Shown: positions 39,022 to 48,437 of the stretch, one piece after another
Numbering within the stretch: the first letter of the stretch is position 1
Layout: each line of letters starts with the position of its first letter
Source of the DNA: an uncultured Candidatus Saccharibacteria bacterium
Lineage (GTDB): Bacteria; Patescibacteriota; Saccharimonadia; CAZBQI01
DNA: 64,000 nucleotides
Assembly (NCBI GenBank): GCA_964494105.1
Contig: CAZBQI010000001.1
Location: 67,126 to 131,125, forward strand
Direction of reading: 5' to 3'
The notes under the pieces: generated by a model
Database searches by the model: none
What the model was told of the DNA's origin: nothing
The model's input: only the letters and a program-made list of their open reading frames with translations
Made by a program: the position numbers and the translations under genes

Positions 39022-39889
39022 GTTGCCGGAAGTAGAAACAATCCGCAGAGGCTTAGATGGATTGATTGTGGGTCAAACATTCTCGAGTGTCGATGTTATT
39101 TTCTATAAAACGATAACTACAAAGTCCTTGACGCCAGTAATTGGCAGTAAAGTATTACGTGTAGCACGACGGGGCAAAGTTTTAATTGTTGAATTGACAA
39201 ACAATCTATCGCTCTTGGTTCATCTAAAAATGACCGGTCAACTGATCTTAGTGCAAAGTGAAAATAAAAGATTCGGAGGCGGACATCCTACCAAAAGTAT
39301 GACTTCTAAGTTGCCAGATTCCAGCACAAGGGCAGTCTTTGTTTTTAGAAGTGGCGATAGATTATTCTTTAACGACCAGCGTAAATTTGGCTGGATCAAG
39401 CTAATACCTACTGGCTTGGTAGATGGTGATTCGCTGATTGCCCGCCTAGGCCCCGAGCCTTTAAGCGAGGGCTTCACGTTGGCAGATTTTAAGGCGAGGC
39501 TGCAAAAACGCAGTGGGCCAATTAAAGCGGTCCTGCTCGACCAGTCTACCGTAGCTGGCCTTGGCAATATCTATGTAGACGAGGCGCTACATATGGCTAA
39601 AATTCACCCAAGCACTCCGGCCAATGCGGTCTCTAATACTAAAGTAAAAGCGCTGTATATTGCCATCCCGAAAATCCTGAATCAATCATTAGGCAAAGGC
39701 GGCACGAGCTTTACTCCGGCAGCTGCCGGATTTGTGAATCATATGGGTTTTATGGGTGATTACCTCAAGCACGCTCGTGTTTTTAGGCGCGAAGGCAAGC
39801 CGTGCCCGGAGTGCCACACAACAATCAATAAGATTCGAGTAGCGGGGCGGGGCACACATATTTGTCCGAAATGCCAACGTGAGCCTTAA
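39014..39889 (+). CDS. mutM: Formamidopyrimidine-DNA glycosylase
   Basis: MPELPEVET start (39014), HLKMTG, DQRKFG, GLGNIYVDE, CPEC...CPKCQ zinc finger. Confidence 0.97.
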   Translation: MPELPEVETIRRGLDGLIVGQTFSSVDVIFYKTITTKSLTPVIGSKVLRVARRGKVLIVELTNNLSLLVHLKMTGQLILVQSENKRFGGGHPTKSMTSKLPDSSTRAVFVFRSGDRLFFNDQRKFGWIKLIPTGLVDGDSLIARLGPEPLSEGFTLADFKARLQKRSGPIKAVLLDQSTVAGLGNIYVDEALHMAKIHPSTPANAVSNTKVKALYIAIPKILNQSLGKGGTSFTPAAAGFVNHMGFMGDYLKHARVFRREGKPCPECHTTINKIRVAGRGTHICPKCQREP

Positions 39890-39910
39890 AATAACGGTAC
39901 AATGTATTAA

Positions 39911-40663
39911 ATGACACATTTAGAGTTTGCGACCAAATTAGCTCGTGAAGCTGGCGCTGTTATTAAGGCCAACTTTGCCATTGGTATGAAAAAAGACTGG
40001 AAGGCCGACGACACACCGGTAACTGTTACCGACCACGCCATAAATAGAACCGTAATTGAAGCAGTTAGAAAAACTTACCCCAAAATGAGCCTACTGGGCG
40101 AAGAGGACAGCTTTATGGTGGAGGGGTCGGAATACACTTGGGTTTGTGACCCGGTAGATGGCACCATTCCTTTCTCGCACGGCGTGCCGACCTGTATGTT
40201 CTCGCTAGCTTTGGTAAAAAACGGCGAAAGCATCCTTGGTGTTTTGTACGAGCCATTTTTAAACAGAATGTTTACAGCTGAAAAAGGTAAAGGTGCATTT
40301 TTGAACGGCAAGCCAATTCAAGTGAGCAAAGCCAAGACTTTCAAGCGCTCAATTACCAGCGTAACTGAGCCCGGAGCCTATAAGGCTTTTGTCGATGCCG
40401 GCTCGCGGGTTATGAGTTTGCTTTCGTATTGTTATGTTTCGTCTTTGGTGGCTAGTGGTGAGCTCACCGCGGCAGTAGCCTGGAAATGGGCAGGGGCCTG
40501 GGATGTGGCTGCAGTAAAAGTAATAGTCGAAGAAGCTGGTGGCAAGGTAACCGACCTACGGGGTAACGAGCAACGCTACGACGGGCCACTAAACGGCGCA
40601 ATTGCCACAAATGGCATATTGCACGCCGAAGCACTAAAGCTGGTGCAGGTAGATAAGCCGTGA
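39911..40663 (+). CDS. Inositol monophosphatase family protein
   Basis: PVTVTD, GEE, WVCDPVDGT, WDVAA...EEAGG. Confidence 0.93.
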   Translation: MTHLEFATKLAREAGAVIKANFAIGMKKDWKADDTPVTVTDHAINRTVIEAVRKTYPKMSLLGEEDSFMVEGSEYTWVCDPVDGTIPFSHGVPTCMFSLALVKNGESILGVLYEPFLNRMFTAEKGKGAFLNGKPIQVSKAKTFKRSITSVTEPGAYKAFVDAGSRVMSLLSYCYVSSLVASGELTAAVAWKWAGAWDVAAVKVIVEEAGGKVTDLRGNEQRYDGPLNGAIATNGILHAEALKLVQVDKP

Positions 40664-41607
40664 TTATCTTTTTCTACGGCCCAAACAACTTTGCTGCGCG
40701 CCGTAAGTTACAAGAAACCATTACACGGTTCAAAAGTACTACCGGCAATGATTTTAGCTTAGAGCAATTTTACGGTAGTAGTCATAATTTAAGTGCTAAC
40801 GAGGTAGTTAGCGCCATTACTACTGTGCCATTTCTGGCTGCCAACCGCCTAATAGTATTAGAAGAAATTCTGTCTAACAAGAAACTGGCCGAGGTGCTGA
40901 TACCGGCGCTTAATGACGTACCAAAAGAAACAGTTGTTTTAATACATGAATTAAAAGTAGACGAGCGGACCAAGCTTTTTAAGGAGCTCAAGAAACTTGC
41001 CAAAAGCGTGAAGTTTGAACAGCTAAGAGAGCACCAGCTGACTGCCTGGGTTCAAAAAACTACTAAAGAATTTGGCGGCAGAATAGACTCGTCTACCGCG
41101 AATTTTCTGGTAGAGCGCGTAGGGAATAATCAGTGGCGGTTATGGAATGAAATTCAGAAACTAGTGTCTTATAATTCACTCATTACCAGCAAAAGCATCA
41201 TCTTGCTGGCAGAGCCGGCATTTGAGAGCTCAATTTTTGATATGGTTGAAGCAATAGCAAGCGGGCGAACGGCAGAGGCGGTGAGCTTGTACTTGGGACT
41301 AAGAAATCAGAAGGCCCAACCACTGTATATTCTTTCAATGATTGCCTGGCAGATTCGTAATTTACTAGTAGTAAAGGCTGCCAGCTCGAGTTCAGAGAAT
41401 AACATTAGCGATGCCAAGATATCACCATTTGTTGTTAATAAAATTCGTCCGCTTACAAATGGCATTGAGCTAGACAACATCATAAAAAGCTATAAATCTA
41501 TTCAAGAGACCGACCTAAAGTTAAAGACTACCCAGACGAATCCGGATATAGAAATGCAGCAATTAATTTTGCGAGTAACTGGCTTAATTCTGCCTACTGC
41601 TCGATAG
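40660..41607 (+). CDS. holA: DNA polymerase III delta subunit
   Basis: IIFFYGPN, TVPFLA..RLIV, NEIQKL, IFDMVEA, DLKLKT. Confidence 0.9.
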   Translation: MIIFFYGPNNFAARRKLQETITRFKSTTGNDFSLEQFYGSSHNLSANEVVSAITTVPFLAANRLIVLEEILSNKKLAEVLIPALNDVPKETVVLIHELKVDERTKLFKELKKLAKSVKFEQLREHQLTAWVQKTTKEFGGRIDSSTANFLVERVGNNQWRLWNEIQKLVSYNSLITSKSIILLAEPAFESSIFDMVEAIASGRTAEAVSLYLGLRNQKAQPLYILSMIAWQIRNLLVVKAASSSSENNISDAKISPFVVNKIRPLTNGIELDNIIKSYKSIQETDLKLKTTQTNPDIEMQQLILRVTGLILPTAR

Positions 41608-41682
41608 ACTGAATTTGGCTAAACATACTTTTTCAGGCTATTCTAATTGATGATAATTCTTATGTTAAAAATGCGTGAGCTT

Positions 41683-42162
41683 ATGTCACGACCTACCATC
41701 CAAAAAAACTCTTCGGGCTTTACAATCGTAGAGCTAATAGTAGTTTTGGTGGTAATAGCGTTATTAATAGCGCTTACACTACCAACTATATTTAGTTTGC
41801 CAAAGCGAGCACGCGACACCCAGCGCAAGAAGGACCTAAAAGACATTCAGTTAGTCGCCGAAGAAGTTTTTGTAGATAATAACGGCTCTTATGGTCCGAA
41901 TGGACCGCTGGATCTTGATTTTTCGCAAATGAGCGACTTCTTTGACTATATGAACGAAAAAAGAAACGTGAATGTGCGAGACCCGAAAACAAACGAATAC
42001 TATGGAATTATCATATCTCCTCCGGATTGTCCCTTCGATCCAGGCTACTGCGATTCTTATACCTTGTTCGCAAATTTAGAGAACTGCAGTGACAAAGAAG
42101 CCGACAATCAGTGTCGATATAAAGTTAAGAGCATACCAAACCCAGACGAAACTTTAGAGTAG
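41683..42162 (+). CDS. Prepilin-type N-terminal cleavage/methylation domain protein (pilin/pseudopilin)
   Basis: G/FTIVELIVV prepilin motif, RARD.QRK.DL; start taken at MSRPT (41683). Confidence 0.88.
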   Translation: MSRPTIQKNSSGFTIVELIVVLVVIALLIALTLPTIFSLPKRARDTQRKKDLKDIQLVAEEVFVDNNGSYGPNGPLDLDFSQMSDFFDYMNEKRNVNVRDPKTNEYYGIIISPPDCPFDPGYCDSYTLFANLENCSDKEADNQCRYKVKSIPNPDETLE

Positions 42163-42513
42163 TTACTTACTAGGTGCTGATTTCTTAGCTACGGGTTTAG
42201 CTGTGGCTTTTTTGACTACTTTATCGGCTTTAGGAGTTGCCGACTTAGGTGTTTTACCTGCGCTTTTTGCGGCTTGAGCCAACTGTGATTTTTTGCGAGC
42301 TGCATTGTTCTTATGAATCAGGCCGGCCTTAACTGCTTTATCAATTTTTGATTGGGCGTTTTTTAGCTTATCGGCAACAGACTTATCACTGCTTGCTATT
42401 GCCATTGTCAACGCCTTGATATCGCTTTTCATGGCGCGCTTTACGCGGACATTGCGTCGCTGAGACTTTAGATTTTGCCGCATTCGCTTGGCGGCTGATT
42501 TTGTTATAGGCAT
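42163..42513 (-). CDS. rpsT: 30S ribosomal protein S20 with Lys/Ala-rich tail
   Basis: MPITKSAAKRMRQ, IDKAVKAGLIHKNNAARKKS. Confidence 0.96.
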   Translation of the reverse strand: MPITKSAAKRMRQNLKSQRRNVRVKRAMKSDIKALTMAIASSDKSVADKLKNAQSKIDKAVKAGLIHKNNAARKKSQLAQAAKSAGKTPKSATPKADKVVKKATAKPVAKKSAPSK

Positions 42514-42661
42514 GAATTATAGGTTACAGGGGTACGCGTAAGTGGTCAAGTAGATGAGTAATTCTTAGTTCTAAGTCATAATTTAACGTAAACATTTTCA
42601 TCTCTACACGAATGAGGGGAATTAAGGTATAGTTTATGGTGTTAAGGGGCTTAATATACTC

Positions 42662-44245
42662 ATGGAACCACAAACACAAAAAAATCAGATAGTAGAGCTA
42701 CTTAGAGCCAGTGAAAACCTGGTTATTACTGTAAGTCAGCGTCCAGATAGCGATCAGATATCGGCAGCTATTGGGTTCGCCGAAATCTTGCACAAGCTTA
42801 ATAAACACGCAGATGTGGTAATAAGCGGTGCAGTTCCAAGTAACTTAAGCTATCTTTCAACAGGATTGGTAAAAAAGAGCTTCAGTGGTATTCGCGATTT
42901 CGTTATTGATGTAGATACCTCGACGGTCGAGGCAGACAAGCTTCGCTATGTGCCGGAGGGCAAGAAGTTGCGTATCTACGTGACACCATTTAACGGTAAC
43001 TATTCAGCTGACGATGTGGACTTTAGCTACGGCGATTACCACTGTGATGCGGTGATTGCGCTTGGTGTTGATACACAGGAGCAAATGGATAAGCAAATTA
43101 CTAATCAGAAAGAGCTTCTAAGCAAAACTAAATTAGTTACCCTGAATATTGGCGATGGCAGTGGTGGTGCAGGGTTAAATTGGCATGTTGCAACGGCCAG
43201 TTCCATATGTGAACTTGTGATGACACTGCTCGAAAGTATGCAACCGGATATATTAGATGCCGACATTGCCACTTCTTTGCTGACCGGTATTATCAGCAAA
43301 ACGGATCACTTTACCAATGAGCGAACATCAGCCAAGGTCATGAACATTGCTTCGCAATTAATGGCCGTTGGAGCTAAACAAACCGATATAATAGAGCACC
43401 TCAAGAAGCCGGTTGATGCCCCAAGTGAGCCGGACAGTAAGGATCATAAGCCGGTAGCTCGTCCTCTGGGCGAAAAACCCAAATCCGAAGGCGAACTGGA
43501 ATCGGGGCAAGTACAAGAGTTGCCACACAAGGGTAAAAAGCTGGATGTTGATGAAGCCAAGTCAGACTCAGAACCCGAGCCAAAAACGTCGGCAGAGCAA
43601 GTGCCACCACCAATAGTTAATTCGCCCTTACAACCAGTTTCTGGCTTAACCCCAATTAACAGCCCGCCTTTGCCACCAAAGCCAATGCCAACGCCAACTC
43701 CGCCACCCCTGCAGCCAATTGAAACCAAGCCGGCAGATACACAAGTACCTAAAAGCGAGCCAGTGGCCCCGCCTGCAGAGCTAAAACCGCCGATAAATGC
43801 TAACCCCGTCGCGAATTCAGCTCCGCCGTTACCAAGTATTCCCTCAACACCAGCGCAAATGCCTTTGCCACCCTTACCGAAGCCACCAATTATAAAAGAC
43901 GTCCAGAGTGAGTCGCCCCTTGTAAGTACGGCGCCACCACCACTTTCACCGCTTGGTGTGCCGTCATTACCACCGCTACCACCTTCGCAACCGGGTGATG
44001 TTGCTCAGCCAAATACACCGCTTGCTCTGCTTACAAACAATGCCCCTCCACCAATAGTGACAGCAGGTAGCCCATCTTCAGTATCACCTGATATTCCGCT
44101 TGGCCCCGACGGCAAGCCAGATATCGAAGCAGCCCGCAGGGCAGTAGAAGAGGCCGAAAGAAACGCGCCAGCGCCACCTCCACCACCGGTAAACCCACCA
44201 TCGAACCCGGTGCCGCCACCTCCACCGGCAAATCCGGCATCATAG
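42662..44245 (+). CDS. DHH/NrnA-like protein with degenerate active site and long Pro-rich tail
   Basis: PDSDQISA, ASSICEL, ATSLLTGIISKTDHF; lies upstream of truB as nrnA often does. Confidence 0.7.
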   Translation: MEPQTQKNQIVELLRASENLVITVSQRPDSDQISAAIGFAEILHKLNKHADVVISGAVPSNLSYLSTGLVKKSFSGIRDFVIDVDTSTVEADKLRYVPEGKKLRIYVTPFNGNYSADDVDFSYGDYHCDAVIALGVDTQEQMDKQITNQKELLSKTKLVTLNIGDGSGGAGLNWHVATASSICELVMTLLESMQPDILDADIATSLLTGIISKTDHFTNERTSAKVMNIASQLMAVGAKQTDIIEHLKKPVDAPSEPDSKDHKPVARPLGEKPKSEGELESGQVQELPHKGKKLDVDEAKSDSEPEPKTSAEQVPPPIVNSPLQPVSGLTPINSPPLPPKPMPTPTPPPLQPIETKPADTQVPKSEPVAPPAELKPPINANPVANSAPPLPSIPSTPAQMPLPPLPKPPIIKDVQSESPLVSTAPPPLSPLGVPSLPPLPPSQPGDVAQPNTPLALLTNNAPPPIVTAGSPSSVSPDIPLGPDGKPDIEAARRAVEEAERNAPAPPPPPVNPPSNPVPPPPPANPAS

Positions 44246-44279
44246 ATAAATCTAGATCTTAATCTGATACGATTAGACC

Positions 44280-44549
44280 ATGAGTGAACTTGAACAGCTA
44301 GAACAGCGCGTTGCTCGCATAGAGGCACGCAATAAGCGGGTAGAGTACGATAAAGCCTGGGAAGTAAGTATTACGCGTCGGGCGATTTTAGCTACTTTAA
44401 CGTACTTAGTAGTAGCAGCTTTTCTGGTTATTATTCATAAAGATAATCCATTTGTGAACGCGTTAGTGCCAGCGATTGGATTCTTGCTTTCCACCCCTGT
44501 AGTACGCTTTGCGAAGCAGCGCTGGATTAAGCGCCAAGAACACAAATGA
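44280..44549 (+). CDS. Small conserved membrane protein
   Basis: Coiled-coil N-terminus RNKRVE.DKAWE, two TMs; overlaps the truB start. Confidence 0.7.
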   Translation: MSELEQLEQRVARIEARNKRVEYDKAWEVSITRRAILATLTYLVVAAFLVIIHKDNPFVNALVPAIGFLLSTPVVRFAKQRWIKRQEHK

Positions 44550-45229
44550 ACGGTATATTATTGGTAGATAAGCCAAGCGGGTGGACATCCTTTGACGTAG
44601 TAGCCAAAGTTCGTGGAATATTGAAGGCTTCAACAGGTCAAAAGGTAAAAGTAGGGCATGCGGGCACGCTGGATCCTCTGGCAATCGGGCTGCTCGTTAT
44701 TCTGATAGGTGATGCATGCAAACAAGCCGATATGTTCCTTAAACTCGATAAGCGCTATGACGGCGAAATTATGCTAGGCGCAACCAGTAACACCGATGAT
44801 GCTGAAGGGGCTATTACACAAGTATCCAAAACAAAACCGAGCCAGCAAAAAATTGAGGCAGTCTTGAGCAAGTTCGTAGGAGAAATATCGCAAATTCCAC
44901 CGGCTTTTAGTGCGATAAAAATGAACGGAAAGCGGGCCTATAAGTCTGCCCGAGCCGGCGAAGTAGTCAAACTAGAACCTCGAATCGTAAAAATATATGA
45001 ATGCTCACTTAAGTTGTACAATTACCCAGTTTTACAGATACAAACTCGCGTTGGTAGCGGTACCTATATTCGCAGTTTAGCCCGCGATATTGGTGCCGAG
45101 CTGGGTACTGGCGCTTACCTTAGTGCGCTGCGCCGAATTCAAATAGATGTCTATTCCGTGAATGAAGCTGTACAAATGTATGAACTCGACATTGCTAAAA
45201 TTCGAGCGAACATCAAATCTGTTCAATAA
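44546..45229 (+). CDS. truB: tRNA pseudouridine(55) synthase
   Basis: DKPSGWTSFDVV, VGHAGTLDP, PPAFSAIK, GTYIRSLARD. Confidence 0.97.
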   Translation: MNGILLVDKPSGWTSFDVVAKVRGILKASTGQKVKVGHAGTLDPLAIGLLVILIGDACKQADMFLKLDKRYDGEIMLGATSNTDDAEGAITQVSKTKPSQQKIEAVLSKFVGEISQIPPAFSAIKMNGKRAYKSARAGEVVKLEPRIVKIYECSLKLYNYPVLQIQTRVGSGTYIRSLARDIGAELGTGAYLSALRRIQIDVYSVNEAVQMYELDIAKIRANIKSVQ

Positions 45230-45268
45230 CTTGAGTCAAAAAATATATATTGGTATACTAACTTAACT

Positions 45269-45538
45269 ATGGCAAGCGCAGACACACCCAAAGCAGAGAT
45301 CATCGCTGATGCAGCAGAGCATAAGAAAGATACTGGTTCGCCCAGCGTTCAGATAAGTATATTTACGCGTCGTATTCAGCAGTTAACCGACCACCTCAAG
45401 ACACACAAGAAAGACCATCATTCTCGACGCGGGCTATTACAGATGGTAGGCAAGCGCCGTCGCCTCCTTGACTATTTGAAGAAAAAAGACCAAAATAAGT
45501 ATCAGACATTGGTCAAAAAGCTCGGACTTCGTCGCTAA
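45269..45538 (+). CDS. rpsO: 30S ribosomal protein S15
   Basis: [25 protein letters not shown]; promoter-like TTGAGT-17-TATACT at 45231-45259. Confidence 0.98.
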   Translation: MASADTPKAEIIADAAEHKKDTGSPSVQISIFTRRIQQLTDHLKTHKKDHHSRRGLLQMVGKRRRLLDYLKKKDQNKYQTLVKKLGLRR

Positions 45539-45545
45539 TAACAAT

Positions 45546-45629
45546 AGAGGTAGTAGGTAGCAGAGCTGTAGGATAACCTTATCCTGAACTGTGCTACGTA
45601 CAACTCACCCTAGAAGGTAGGTTTCCTCT
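45546..45629 (+). promoter_or_regulatory. Long stem-loop in the pnp leader
   Basis: AGAGG/CCTCT, GTAGCAGAG/CTGTGCTAC (1 mismatch) and AGGATA/TATCCT nested pairings. Confidence 0.5.
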
Positions 45630-45649
45630 TTAAAGAAAGGTATTTCCAT

Positions 45650-47782
45650 ATGTCGGATATTATTAATCCGTTTAACAAAAAACAACTAAAACTAACAACT
45701 CAATTCTGTGGTCGTGAATTAACTATAGAAACCGGTAACCTGGCCTTTTTAGCCGATGGTGCCGTAACTGTTACCTACGGAGAAACTGTAGTACTAGGTA
45801 CTTCTGTGGTATCCAATACAGTCCGTGAAGGTATGGATTATTTCCCACTACTAATTGACTACGAAGAAAAAATGTATGCGAGTGGCAAAATAAGTGGCAG
45901 CCGTTTTATTAAGCGCGAAGCCAGGCCCAGCGAGGCTGCAATTTTGGCTTGTCGCTTAATTGATAGACCTATTCGACCACTATTTCCCAAGGGCTTTCGT
46001 AACGACATTCAGTGCATTGCCACTGTTGTTTCGGCCGATCTAGTATATAGTTCTGACATTATTGCCATGATTGCTGTCTCTGCTGCGTTAACTCTTACTG
46101 GAGCTCCGTTTGCAGGCCCTATTGGCGGTGTACGAGTTGGTTTAATTAACGGCGAACTTAAGGCTTTCCCAACCAATGAAGAAATGAAAGACAGTAAGCT
46201 CGACCTCGTCGTAGCCGGAACTCGCGACGCGATTATGATGGTAGAGGCGGGTGCCAATGAAGTTGACGAAGAAACAATGATTAAGGCCATTGAGCTTGGT
46301 CATAAAGCCATTCAGCCGGTGATTGATTTACAAGAACAGCTAGCTAAAGAAATGGACGTTCAACCTCGAGAGTTTGAGCTTGAGTTGGTTGATCAAGATT
46401 TACAACAGCGAGTTGAAACCTACTTGCAGGAAAAACTTGGCCCGGCCATTCGCCACGAAGATCATTACGAGCGACATAATGCCATTCGAAATCTAAAGGA
46501 AGAAACCATTGAACACTTTGTTGGTGAAGGCGGTGAGTTTTCAAAGAATGATGTTGGCCAGGCGTTCGAAAACGCAGTCAAAGCCGATGTGCGCCGCTCT
46601 ATTTTAGAGGAAGATGCTCGTCCAGATAACAGAACTCGGGAGCAAATTCGCCCACTTTCTAGCCAGGTTGGTGTATTGCCTAAAGTACATGGCAGTAGCA
46701 TATTTACCCGCGGTACAACGCAAGCCCTGAACATTACGACTTTAGCACCGCCAAGCTACGGAATGCTTATAGACACCATGGAAGAAGACATAACGAAGCA
46801 CTTTATGCATCACTATAATTTTACTCCGTATTCAACGGGCGAGGCTCGACCGCTACGTGGACCAGGACGGCGTGAAATTGGGCATGGCGCACTTGCGGAG
46901 CGGGCGTTAACACCAATGATTCCGGATGTAGAGGATTTTCCATATACCATTCGAGCGGTTTCCGAAATAGTAAGTTCAAACGGTTCGACCTCGATGGCTA
47001 GCGTGTGTTCTACCACCCTTAGTCTTATGGATGCCGGTGTACCGCTAAAGAAACCGGTCTCAGGCATTGCGATGGGCCTAATAACAGAAGGTGAAAAGTA
47101 CGTTATTCTGTCTGACATTGCCGGTGCAGAGGATTTTGCCGGCGACATGGACTTCAAGGTCGCAGGAACTGCCGATGGAATTACAGCCTTACAGATGGAC
47201 ATTAAGGTCAAGGGCTTAACACCAAAGATAATGGACGATGCACTGGCTCAAGCCAAGCGTGGGCGGGCTCAAATTATGGAGCATATGCTTTCGACTTTAT
47301 CGGCGCCCCGAGCAGAGTTATCGCCCAATGCACCACGCATTACTCAGATAAAAATCAATCCGGAGAAAATTCGTGAGGTAATTGGCAAAGGTGGCGAAAC
47401 AATAAATAGAATTATTGACGAAACCGGTGCAGAAATTGATATTAAAGACGACGGAGTAATATTTATCAGCTCAGTCAAAGCCGAGGGCGCAGAGGCTGCT
47501 ATTGCCCAAATAAAGGCCATAACTACTGAACCTGAAGTTGGCCAAATATATCAGGGTAGAGTTGTTAAGCTAATGGATTTTGGCGCATTCGTGGAAATTA
47601 TGCCGGGCAAGGATGGTTTGGTGCATATCTCCGAGCTAGCCCATAATAGGGTAGAAAAAGTTAGCGATGTAGTGCGCGAAGGTGATACAATTCGAGTGAA
47701 GCTAATAGCTGTCGACGACAAAGGGCGCATTAATCTAAGCAAGAAACAAGCCGAAACCGGACCCACCCCCAACCCTTCATAA
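45650..47782 (+). CDS. pnp: Polyribonucleotide nucleotidyltransferase
   Basis: DYFPL..DYEEK, RLIDRPIRPLFP, RREIGHG, SNGSTSMAS, GDMDFKVAG, KH and S1 domains. Confidence 0.98.
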   Translation: MSDIINPFNKKQLKLTTQFCGRELTIETGNLAFLADGAVTVTYGETVVLGTSVVSNTVREGMDYFPLLIDYEEKMYASGKISGSRFIKREARPSEAAILACRLIDRPIRPLFPKGFRNDIQCIATVVSADLVYSSDIIAMIAVSAALTLTGAPFAGPIGGVRVGLINGELKAFPTNEEMKDSKLDLVVAGTRDAIMMVEAGANEVDEETMIKAIELGHKAIQPVIDLQEQLAKEMDVQPREFELELVDQDLQQRVETYLQEKLGPAIRHEDHYERHNAIRNLKEETIEHFVGEGGEFSKNDVGQAFENAVKADVRRSILEEDARPDNRTREQIRPLSSQVGVLPKVHGSSIFTRGTTQALNITTLAPPSYGMLIDTMEEDITKHFMHHYNFTPYSTGEARPLRGPGRREIGHGALAERALTPMIPDVEDFPYTIRAVSEIVSSNGSTSMASVCSTTLSLMDAGVPLKKPVSGIAMGLITEGEKYVILSDIAGAEDFAGDMDFKVAGTADGITALQMDIKVKGLTPKIMDDALAQAKRGRAQIMEHMLSTLSAPRAELSPNAPRITQIKINPEKIREVIGKGGETINRIIDETGAEIDIKDDGVIFISSVKAEGAEAAIAQIKAITTEPEVGQIYQGRVVKLMDFGAFVEIMPGKDGLVHISELAHNRVEKVSDVVREGDTIRVKLIAVDDKGRINLSKKQAETGPTPNPS

Positions 47783-47788
47783 TTTTGT

Positions 47789-48409
47789 ATGTCCTCACAA
47801 TCCGAGCTCGACGCAGTTGCGTCAGAAATAGTTAAAAATAGAGTCTGCCAATGGCTGGCTGGTGGTGCTACTCAGTTAGTGCCGGGAGCCGGAAACCCAA
47901 AAGCTGACCTAATGTTTGTGGGCGAAGCACCGGGCAAAGATGAAGACATACAAGGCCTACCATTTGTTGGTGCAGCCGGTAAGTTTCTAAACGAGATGCT
48001 TGGTACTATTGGCTTGAGCCGAGAGGATATATTCATTACTAATATTGTTAAATATCGACCTCCAAATAACCGTGACCCTAGTCTTGAGGAAATAGAAGCC
48101 TTTATGCCGTACTTATATCGCCAAATTGCCATAATAAAACCAAAGCTACTTATTACTCTTGGTCGCCATGCAATGAACGTTTTTCTGCCCGAAGCCAAGA
48201 TCTCGAATATACACGGCCAACCGAAACGTCGAACATTTATCTTCAACAAGGATGAACAATTCAAGTTGGTCATACTGCCTTTGTTTCACCCGGCAGCAGC
48301 TCTATATAATGGGGGAATGCGTCAAACTCTTATTGACGATTTTGCCCGCATACCGCAAATATTAGAATTAATAAATAAGAAATCCAATAAAACACCGTTG
48401 TCTGCCTAA
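47789..48409 (+). CDS. Uracil-DNA glycosylase, family 4-like
   Basis: FVGEAPG, PFVGAAG, ITNIVKYRPP.NRDP, FHPAA. Confidence 0.92.
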   Translation: MSSQSELDAVASEIVKNRVCQWLAGGATQLVPGAGNPKADLMFVGEAPGKDEDIQGLPFVGAAGKFLNEMLGTIGLSREDIFITNIVKYRPPNNRDPSLEEIEAFMPYLYRQIAIIKPKLLITLGRHAMNVFLPEAKISNIHGQPKRRTFIFNKDEQFKLVILPLFHPAAALYNGGMRQTLIDDFARIPQILELINKKSNKTPLSA

Positions 48410-48437
48410 GGCAGGTAATAGGTAATGAAAGGAAAAT

